Position numbers and translations under genes: made by a program
Shown: piece by piece, positions 56,847 to 64,000 of the stretch
Numbering within the stretch: the first letter of the stretch is position 1
Layout of the letters: every line of letters starts with the position of its first letter
The notes under the pieces: generated by a model
The model's input: only the letters and a program-made list of their open reading frames with translations
Databases searched by the model: none
Told to the model about the DNA's origin: nothing
Origin: Patescibacteria group bacterium
Lineage (GTDB): Bacteria; Patescibacteriota; Patescibacteriia; UBA2591; UBA6264
NCBI GenBank assembly: GCA_016784145.1
Contig: JADHVF010000001.1
Coordinates: 90,367 to 154,366 of the forward strand
Direction: 5' to 3'
Length of the DNA stretch: 64,000 bases

Positions 56847-59327
56847 TTATTTATTATAAGGTAATTTAAAATAAAAAGTAGCCCCTTGATTCTCTTTTGA
56901 TTTAAAGCCCATCTCTCCACCAAAAGCTTCTATTAGCCCTTTGGCTAAATAAAGCCCTAGCCCTGTACCAGGTTTTTGAGATACATTTTCAGCTCTAAAA
57001 AATCGATTAAATATCTTATCTTTTTCTTTAGCAGGAATACCAACTCCATTATCTTTTACTGAATAAATAATTTGTTGTTTCACATCATCTGTATGAATCT
57101 CTATTGTAATTTCCCCTCCCTCTGGAGAATATTTAACCGCATTATCAAGTAAAATAATAATAATTTGCCGCATTTTCTCTAAATCAACTTCAACTTTTGG
57201 CAAAGATTTTAAATTTTTATTAAAGATTACTTTTGCTTTTTTCTTGGCCAAATATGGCTTATATTCTTCTATTATTTTATCAGTCAATTCTTTTAATTGT
57301 ATTTGTTTTAAGTCAAAAACCAATCTACTTGATTCCATTCTAGAGACATCAAGTAAATCATTAATTAACTCAATCATTCTAGTAGCCCCTCTATGAACTC
57401 TTTGTATTTGTTCTACTTCTTGCTTGTCTGCATTGTCTTTTTTTTGATGTAACATCATTTCTACCCCCCATTTAATAATTGTGGCAGGGGTTCTTAATTG
57501 ATGAGAAGCCAAAGAAACAAACTCTGACTTTATTCTTTCTATTTCTCTTTCTTGAGTAATGTCCCTAAAAACAATCACCGCTCCAATAATATTTTTATTT
57601 TCGTCTTTAATAGGAGCAGATGAACAAGCTATTGGAATTTTGTTTTTATTTTTATGAACAAGCACAGTATGATTTCGCATACTTGTTGTTCTACCGCTAT
57701 CTATTGCTTTAATAATAAATTTTTTATTAACAGAATTATCATTTTCTTTTAAAAATTCAAAAACTTTATCATATTTTTTGCCTAAACAATTATTGGCTTC
57801 AAAACCTGATATTTTAACTGCTGAAGGATTTATTAAAATTAATTTTTGGCCATTATCAATAACAAAAACGCCGTCACCAATGCTATTTAGCATTGCTTGA
57901 ATCCTGTTTTTCTCTCTTTCAATCTGATTTTTCGCTTGAGCTAGCTGTTTTGTTCTTTGTCTCACTTTGGCTTCCAAAGTAGCATAATATTGTTTTAATT
58001 TAACAGCCATTTCATTAAACTTTTCACCCAAAACTTGAATTTCATCTTTTGTTTTGATTTTGATTTGATATGAAAGATTCCCTCTGCTCATTTCATCAAC
58101 TCCTTTAACTAGCTCTTCCATTGGTTTTGTAATTAATTTTGACCCAAAAAATATTATTATTAAAAGAAAAAAACAAGCCAAAAAAAGAATTGCTATTATA
58201 AAATTTTTCACTAACACAGCACTCTGAATAACTTCATTAACTGGCACAACAAAACCAAGTACCCATCCTGTATTTTCAATTGGATGTGATGCAATGTATT
58301 TTTTTACTTTATTGAATTCAACTATTTTTGGCTCATGAACATGTTTTTGTTCTATCATTTCTGATATAACATTTTTAAATTGTTGATTTGAAAGATTAGC
58401 TAATAAATTATATTTTCTAATTTCGGAAATTTTTAAATTTTCTTTTTTATATTCTAAATCCGCTCCTGCTCTAACTGGAAAACTAATTGCCATGGCCTGA
58501 GAATCAATTAAAAAAGCATAACCTGTTTCCCATAACTTAATATCAATTATTCTGTTTGTAATATTTGACAATTTCATATCCATGCCTGTTACGGCAATCA
58601 TTTTATCGTCTTTATAAACAGGGGCTAATACAGAAGTAACTAATCCATGACCACTAACATCAAGATATGGTGGACTCCATTTTGCTTGTTTGCCTGGATT
58701 TAATTTTTTATCAAGATTGTCCCAAAAAATAGGGTCTATTCCATCTTTATTTAAATCAGCTGGCAAAACATCAATAGCAACTCCGCCTTGTTTCTCAGGC
58801 ACAGCATCATAATTTGGATAAAGACGATACCAAGAATAATTGTCTCCTATAATATATAAACTATCTATATTTTTATTCTCTTGCTTTATAGAAGGAAAAA
58901 TAAAATCCAAATTAGAAGATAGTGTTAAATTCTTTTTTATCTCATCATTAAAGTCAACCCAATTAAAAACAATTACTGAACTCTGTTCATTTGCGCTATT
59001 ACCATATTGTCCGTCTTTCCCTTGAAAAAGATTATCAGTTGACCATTGGTCAGGACGATAAAACATGGCTTGATTATTATAAACATTAGTTGCAAAATCA
59101 GCTAAATTTTTAGTACTTGATTTTACTTTTGACAAAACAGCGTCAATTCTCTTTGCCTCTATGTGATAAGAATCAAATCGTTCAAAGGCTTCTTTTTCTA
59201 ATGCCTTGGTTGTATAGGAAACAGATACAAATCCTATTATTGAAATTGGCAAAATAGATAATAATAAAAAAATGAGAATAATTTTTTTATTAAATCCAAA
59301 TTTTATTTTTTTGTTAAAATCGTCCAT
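56847..59327 (-). CDS. Sensor histidine kinase (TM, Cache-like periplasmic domain, TM, HAMP, PAS, HisKA, HATPase)
   Basis: H-box LASHQLRTPATI. G-boxes DNGVGI and GTGLGL. Two TM helices flank a ~300-aa extracytoplasmic domain. Confidence 0.85.
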   Translation of the reverse strand: MDDFNKKIKFGFNKKIILIFLLLSILPISIIGFVSVSYTTKALEKEAFERFDSYHIEAKRIDAVLSKVKSSTKNLADFATNVYNNQAMFYRPDQWSTDNLFQGKDGQYGNSANEQSSVIVFNWVDFNDEIKKNLTLSSNLDFIFPSIKQENKNIDSLYIIGDNYSWYRLYPNYDAVPEKQGGVAIDVLPADLNKDGIDPIFWDNLDKKLNPGKQAKWSPPYLDVSGHGLVTSVLAPVYKDDKMIAVTGMDMKLSNITNRIIDIKLWETGYAFLIDSQAMAISFPVRAGADLEYKKENLKISEIRKYNLLANLSNQQFKNVISEMIEQKHVHEPKIVEFNKVKKYIASHPIENTGWVLGFVVPVNEVIQSAVLVKNFIIAILFLACFFLLIIIFFGSKLITKPMEELVKGVDEMSRGNLSYQIKIKTKDEIQVLGEKFNEMAVKLKQYYATLEAKVRQRTKQLAQAKNQIEREKNRIQAMLNSIGDGVFVIDNGQKLILINPSAVKISGFEANNCLGKKYDKVFEFLKENDNSVNKKFIIKAIDSGRTTSMRNHTVLVHKNKNKIPIACSSAPIKDENKNIIGAVIVFRDITQEREIERIKSEFVSLASHQLRTPATIIKWGVEMMLHQKKDNADKQEVEQIQRVHRGATRMIELINDLLDVSRMESSRLVFDLKQIQLKELTDKIIEEYKPYLAKKKAKVIFNKNLKSLPKVEVDLEKMRQIIIILLDNAVKYSPEGGEITIEIHTDDVKQQIIYSVKDNGVGIPAKEKDKIFNRFFRAENVSQKPGTGLGLYLAKGLIEAFGGEMGFKSKENQGATFYFKLPYNK

Positions 59328-59358
59328 ATTGTTTTAATTATAAACAAAAAACCATATA

Positions 59359-59387
59359 TTGACAAATGGTTATTTTTTTGATATATT
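59359..59387 (+). promoter_or_regulatory. Sigma70-like promoter TTGACA-N17-TATATT
   Basis: Upstream of the 59432 gene, with a ~40-nt leader carrying an AAGGAGG SD. Confidence 0.4.
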
Positions 59388-59431
59388 TAATTTAGTACAT
59401 TAAAAATAAAACAAAACCCAAGGAGGTTATA

Positions 59432-60139
59432 ATGAATTATTCTCAAAATCCAACTAGATTGAGAAGTTTACTTACCATCTATCAAATAAAAATTAATTTA
59501 TTAAAAGAAGGTATATATAAATTAATATACTTAATTGATAGCACGGAAAAGGAAATCAATGAAACATTTATTGAGCAAGCTACTAGCGCTGGTTCTAATA
59601 ATGCTGAACTAATTGAAGAATTTTGGGAGTTTGCATCAGACAACATAGATGAAATGACAGAAATTTCCAAGCTCTACGTTGGAGCAATGATAATAGAAGG
59701 ATCAGCTTTAATAGAAAGAATGATAATACAAGTCTCATTCATTGTCCAAGATATTGAACAATGTCCAGATGCGCCAGACAAAGAAAATCAATCAAATTAT
59801 TTCACTGATTCAATCAAAGCAATGGAATATATTGATAACCTTACTCAAATATCTCTTAAGAAGTCTCATTCATGGGAAAAAATAAAACTATTAAGAGATT
59901 TGCGACAAAAATTGGCTCATGGTTTTTTCTCTTTTAGGTTAAAACCAAATGAATTTAAAAATTATAATGCCAAGTTCAAAACAAGCAAGCATCCTCTTCT
60001 AATTAAAATTAATGAAAAAAATAATCTGTATGAATGTTCTTTATATGGAGATATTGAAATTTTAATGAGAATAGGTTGGAATTTTCTTGACTTTATTAAT
60101 GAAGTTGAAACAGCGTTAAGGATAAAATATTCCTTTTAA
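59432..60139 (+). CDS. Hypothetical protein (235 aa)
   Basis: Strong SD, own promoter and terminator. No recognisable motifs. Confidence 0.5.
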   Translation: MNYSQNPTRLRSLLTIYQIKINLLKEGIYKLIYLIDSTEKEINETFIEQATSAGSNNAELIEEFWEFASDNIDEMTEISKLYVGAMIIEGSALIERMIIQVSFIVQDIEQCPDAPDKENQSNYFTDSIKAMEYIDNLTQISLKKSHSWEKIKLLRDLRQKLAHGFFSFRLKPNEFKNYNAKFKTSKHPLLIKINEKNNLYECSLYGDIEILMRIGWNFLDFINEVETALRIKYSF

Positions 60140-60159
60140 AGTAACCTTGAGTAAATAAA

Positions 60160-60192
60160 TAAAAAGGAGCGATAAAAAATCGCTCCTTTTTT
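60160..60192 (+). terminator. Rho-independent terminator
   Basis: GGAGCGAT (60166-60173), loop aaaaa, ATCGCTCC (60179-60186), then TTTTTT. Confidence 0.7.
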
Positions 60193-60396
60193 CTTTCTCT
60201 TTTATCAACTTAAGCACCCCTCTTCAATGGTTGGCAAGAGGCCATACCTTCCTTGAAAGCCGATCCTCTAAAGTACAAATTCTCTGCTTTTTTTAAAAGC
60301 AGAGGCATAAAATAATATAATCCAAATATTGACAATCGCCCCTTTTTCTGCTACCCTTAAAATATTGTTCATTAAAATAAAAAAAGGAGGGAACAA

Positions 60397-61128
60397 ATGG
60401 AAAAACTAATAAAAATTCTTTCTCAATTTTTGGTAAAAATCCATAATTATAAAGAAAAGTGGATTCAATCAAAAATAAAAGAATATATTGATGATTTTGA
60501 GAAAAGAGCTAAAAAGAAAAAACAGTATTGGTTTGAGAAAATAGCAGATATAATTATTCTCCCTTTAATAAGAAAAAAAATAGTGAATGGGCCTAATCTT
60601 ATATCTATCTTTAGAATAATATTAGCAATACCTATTTTTATTTTTGTTATTGATGAACATTATATTATATCTTTAATATTTTTTATCTCAGCCATGCTAC
60701 TTGATGTAATTGATGGACCATTAGCAAGAGTATTAAACCAAGAAAGCGAACTAGGAGCAAAACTTGATCCTTTAGGAGACAAGTTAGTATTTGCGGCTGT
60801 TTTTCTTCCGCTTGGATTTAATTGGTTAGCACCATGGATTTTTTGGACTGTTTTAATCCTTGAACTAAACATGGTGTTTATCTTTTTTATGTTAACACCA
60901 TTAGCTCGTAGATTAAACTTTGGTTGGAGACAAAAATCTACTTTGCCTGGTAAAACCAAATTATTTCTACAAGTAATTGGTTGTAGTTTTCTTATTTTGA
61001 GTTGCGTGTTGCATGTTTCAAAAAATATGAATGTTGTTGCAAGTATATTTCTTGTCGCTAGCATTCCGTTTTCAGTAATTGCAATCATCTCTCATCTCAT
61101 TTCAATCAAAAAAAACACCCTTAAATAA
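60397..61128 (+). CDS. CDP-alcohol phosphatidyltransferase family protein (PgsA-like)
   Basis: DGPLARVLNQESELGAKLDPLGDKL matches the D-G-x2-A-R-x8-G-x3-D-x3-D signature. Multiple TM helices and a ~60-aa N-terminal extension. Confidence 0.8.
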   Translation: MEKLIKILSQFLVKIHNYKEKWIQSKIKEYIDDFEKRAKKKKQYWFEKIADIIILPLIRKKIVNGPNLISIFRIILAIPIFIFVIDEHYIISLIFFISAMLLDVIDGPLARVLNQESELGAKLDPLGDKLVFAAVFLPLGFNWLAPWIFWTVLILELNMVFIFFMLTPLARRLNFGWRQKSTLPGKTKLFLQVIGCSFLILSCVLHVSKNMNVVASIFLVASIPFSVIAIISHLISIKKNTLK

Positions 61129-61186
61129 AAATTTAGGGGTGTATTTTTTTATCCCTATTATCAAGTAAAGAAAAACAAATTAAAAA

Positions 61187-62113
61187 TTAATAAAATATTT
61201 TTTTATACCACTTAACTGTCAATTTAGCGCCTTTTTTAATATTATATTTTGGATTATATCCCAACAACTTTTTTGCTTTTGAAATATCAGCCATATATTG
61301 CAAAACCTCCCCTGCTCTATTATTCTTAAGCAAAACATGACTGTTGCTTTTCATTTCTCTGATTATTAATTTTGCTACATCAAGCAATCTATGAGATTGA
61401 CCAGAACTTAAATTAAATGTATTATTTTTAATTTTTGAAAATTTTTTAATAGCCAAGTAAATACCAGAAATACAATCATCAATATACGTAAAATCTAGCA
61501 TCTTCTCTTCCCCATAAATAAATATATTTTTATTCTGATTGGCTTTTGAAATGAAAAGAGGAAATAAACGGTCTGATTTATCATATTTTCCATAAACATT
61601 TGAAAACCGAAATATAATATAATCAATGTCATAAGAATTGCCATAAGACGCTATTAAGGCCTCGCCAGCCATTTTACTAGCTGCATAAGGACTAGCACAG
61701 CTATCAATATTTTCATTGTCATTTTCTTTATAAACCATGGCTCCATTATTACCATAAACCTCCCTGCTGCTTGAAAAAATAATTTTACATATCTTATTTT
61801 TTCTAACAACCTCTAATATATTATATATCATTTCCATGTTCTCAAATGCAAGCCGAGGATTAACAACTAAATCATAAACTCTAGCATTAGCTGCCAAATG
61901 AATTATTAAATCAATATTTTTAGGAATTTTTTCAATATCTTTATTTTTAAGCAAATCCCCTCTTATTGTTAATTTATTCAACTTTTTCTCCCAGACATTT
62001 TCTTTTTTATCAATTCCAATTACATTATATCCCTTGTCTAATAAAAACATAAACAAAGCCGTCCCAATTGTTCCGCTTGAACCAGTTATTAAAATTTTTA
62101 ATTTTTTATTCAT
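61187..62113 (-). CDS. NAD-dependent epimerase/dehydratase (extended SDR)
   Basis: ILITGSSGTIGTAL Rossmann motif and YAASK (YxxxK). Confidence 0.85.
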   Translation of the reverse strand: MNKKLKILITGSSGTIGTALFMFLLDKGYNVIGIDKKENVWEKKLNKLTIRGDLLKNKDIEKIPKNIDLIIHLAANARVYDLVVNPRLAFENMEMIYNILEVVRKNKICKIIFSSSREVYGNNGAMVYKENDNENIDSCASPYAASKMAGEALIASYGNSYDIDYIIFRFSNVYGKYDKSDRLFPLFISKANQNKNIFIYGEEKMLDFTYIDDCISGIYLAIKKFSKIKNNTFNLSSGQSHRLLDVAKLIIREMKSNSHVLLKNNRAGEVLQYMADISKAKKLLGYNPKYNIKKGAKLTVKWYKKIFY

Positions 62114-63365
62114 GTTTTAAGGCTTTAATTGGATTAAGTTTAGCTGCTTTTTTAGCAGGATAAATACCGAAAACAAGACCAATGATTACTGCAATCAAAA
62201 AAGCAATGCTAACTGCTAACCAAGAAATTGTTAAAGGCCAGGTCAGGCCCTGTTGTTGAGCACCAAATCCTATTAAAAATGAAAATAATATTCCTGTTAA
62301 AGTCCCAATCAGCCCACCTACACCAGTAATAATAAGTCCTTCAATTAAAAATTGACCCAAGATATCTCTACTTGAAGCCCCTAGTGATTTTCTTAACCCT
62401 ATTTCTTTTGTCCTTTCAGTAACATTTACCAACATTATATTCATTATTCCAACTCCACCGACCAACAAAGAAATAGCTGCTAAAAACCCTAACAATAAAT
62501 TCAAGACATAACTAATTTCATTTATTTGATTTAAGATTTCTTCCATGGTTGTAATTTGAAAATCATCTTTACTAGGGTCAATAATATTATGATTTTGACG
62601 CAACATTCTAGATATTTCTTTTATTGCTCGCGCAGAATATGTTTCATCTTTAATTGTCAGAGCTATTTCAGTTAAATAATTAATTCCTAAAATTTGTTTA
62701 AGGGCTGTCTCTAATGGAATGTAAAGAAAATCATTCATATCTATGCCCCCCATAGCAATCCCCCCCATTGGCTTTAATACTCCAATTATCTCATAATTTT
62801 GTCCTTTTATTTTTATTTTCTTTTCTAAAGGATTATTTTTTTTAAAAAAATGATTAGCCAAATTATTTCCCAAAACAACCACCCTGGCCAATGACTTTTC
62901 TTCTGAATCAGTGTAAAATCTTCCCTTGTCTATTTTAGCTGTTTTTATAACCAAAGGAAAATCAGCGCTAGCCCCATAAAAAATTGTTCTTTTCTCGTTA
63001 TTTTTATAAGCCACCCAATCCTGTCCAAATGCTTGTCCATAAACAGCTTCTATGTATGGAAATCTTTGTTTGTTTTTAAGCGCTTTAATATCATCTGTTT
63101 TTAAAGTTGTTATCTTTATCCCCTTGGCAACTGAAACAATTGTACCCATTTGATTGTCTCCGGGGACCTTAATAGCTATATCAAGAATATTTGGACCAAA
63201 TGCTTCTATTTCGTTCGTCACAAACCCTTTTAATCCCTGTCCCACTGAAAGAATAATAACAACCGAGGCCACTCCTATTACAATTCCTAAAATTGAAAAA
63301 AAACTACGCAGTTTGTTTAATTTCAAGGCAATAATTGATTGTTTTAAAATAGAAATTTTATTCAT
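62106..63365 (-). CDS. ABC transporter permease, MacB/FtsX family (MacB periplasmic domain plus FtsX C-terminal 4-TM)
   Basis: N-terminal TM, large periplasmic domain, and the C-terminal FtsX signature LLVGGVGIMNIMLVNVTERTKEIGLRKSLGA. Confidence 0.8.
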   Translation of the reverse strand: MNKISILKQSIIALKLNKLRSFFSILGIVIGVASVVIILSVGQGLKGFVTNEIEAFGPNILDIAIKVPGDNQMGTIVSVAKGIKITTLKTDDIKALKNKQRFPYIEAVYGQAFGQDWVAYKNNEKRTIFYGASADFPLVIKTAKIDKGRFYTDSEEKSLARVVVLGNNLANHFFKKNNPLEKKIKIKGQNYEIIGVLKPMGGIAMGGIDMNDFLYIPLETALKQILGINYLTEIALTIKDETYSARAIKEISRMLRQNHNIIDPSKDDFQITTMEEILNQINEISYVLNLLLGFLAAISLLVGGVGIMNIMLVNVTERTKEIGLRKSLGASSRDILGQFLIEGLIITGVGGLIGTLTGILFSFLIGFGAQQQGLTWPLTISWLAVSIAFLIAVIIGLVFGIYPAKKAAKLNPIKALKHE

Positions 63366-64000
63366 ACCTTAGTGCATCTATAGCATTTAATTTAGAAGCT
63401 TTGTTAGCTGGCCAAAGTCCAAAGATTAAACCAATGCTCACAGCCATTATGGTCGCATAAAAAATAGCAATTGGTTCAATAATAAACTGCCAATCATATC
63501 CAAAATAATTTACAATAATGCTCGCCAATAAAGCAATCAAAATTCCTAAAACAATTCCAATTATTCCACCAATTAATGTAATGACAGCACTTTCAATTAA
63601 AAATTGAATAATAATATCCTTTTTACTTGCTCCCAAGGCCTTCCTCAACCCAATTTCCTGAGTTCTTTCATTTACATTCACAAACATAATATTCATAATA
63701 CCAATTCCGCCAACAATTAAAGAAATAGCTGCCACAGCAGCTAAAAATAATTGAAGTGCCTGAGTAACTGTTCCTAAAATATCCATTGCTTGAACAGTTG
63801 TTTTAATAGTAAAATCGTCTTTACTCGGGTCTTTTATATTATGTCGATAACGAATTAATCTAGCTATTCTTGCTTGAACCAGAGAAACATTATCTGATTT
63901 ATCAACCTTAGCCCTTATAAAAGCCAAATGATTTACCCCTAGAAGTAATTTTTGGGCTGTTTTCAAAGGTACAAAAATTAACTGATCTTGATTCTCAAAC
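63358..64000 (-). CDS. Second MacB/FtsX family permease (C-terminal part; N-terminus beyond the window end)
   Basis: FtsX signature LIVGGIGIMNIMFVNVNERTQEIGLRKALGA. The reading frame stays open to position 64000. Confidence 0.7.
   Translation of the reverse strand, partial: FENQDQLIFVPLKTAQKLLLGVNHLAFIRAKVDKSDNVSLVQARIARLIRYRHNIKDPSKDDFTIKTTVQAMDILGTVTQALQLFLAAVAAISLIVGGIGIMNIMFVNVNERTQEIGLRKALGASKKDIIIQFLIESAVITLIGGIIGIVLGILIALLASIIVNYFGYDWQFIIEPIAIFYATIMAVSIGLIFGLWPANKASKLNAIDALRYE

Noticed and set aside
60200-60396. Possible ncRNA in the 200-nt gap before the PgsA-like gene (hairpins CCTCTT…AAGAGG at 60209-60233 and CTCTGCTTTT…AAAGCAGAG at 60281-60305, plus a TTGACA box at 60337)
   Set aside because: These are simple hairpins with no clear terminator or recognisable RNA family, and no properly spaced -10 for the TTGACA. 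The evidence is insufficient for a feature call.

Overview
This is a visibly AT-rich bacterial chromosomal window (roughly 30% GC by eye, not computed) with dense, short-gapped genes. The gene content is consistent with a small-genome, possibly episymbiotic CPR/Patescibacteria-like bacterium, but that is inference: it includes a short gamma-only DnaX, PolX, a VirD4/TraG-like ATPase, a fused GldF-GldG-like ABC component, several giant secreted proteins and almost no metabolism.

Left end (1-9.8 kb): a CsoR-type Cu-sensor repressor sits with a perfect 12-3-12 palindromic operator in its promoter and a co-directional thioredoxin-like CxxC gene. Next comes a 2.9-kb two-gene segment (ABC-F ATPase plus radical SAM/SPASM enzyme) bracketed by a 35-bp direct repeat. 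After that are a Cys-rich membrane-anchored protein, two small hypotheticals, the VirD4/TraG-like coupling ATPase and dnaX.

Middle (9.9-38.3 kb): housekeeping genes, namely tRNA-Gln(CUG), a gliding-type ABC transporter, LysM/M23 peptidases, mgtE, PolX, dCMP deaminase, YjbQ, tsaC, UPF0182, a cyclophilin lipoprotein, an FtsQ-like protein, gltX, a GT2 glycosyltransferase, clpB, LemA and fmt.

38.7-59.3 kb: a 20-kb block entirely on the minus strand. It reads histidine kinase, receiver-only response regulator, ICMT-like methyltransferase, VanZ-like protein, parA-parB, rpsU-yqeY, then about 12 kb of giant surface proteins. One of these has a T4SS-pilin-like N-terminus. Others carry FN3 repeats, thrombospondin-type-3-like Ca-binding repeats and a Pro-rich 19-aa tandem repeat. 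The block runs with gaps of only a few nt into mreC-mreD-PBP2.

Right end: a CDP-alcohol phosphatidyltransferase, an SDR epimerase and two MacB/FtsX-type permeases, the last truncated by the window edge.

No CRISPR array, integrase or transposase was seen. The most unusual signals are (1) the repeat-bracketed ABC-F/radical-SAM cassette next to a Cys-rich protein, and (2) the giant pilin-fused surface-protein block embedded in the mre operon together with a VirD4-like ATPase.
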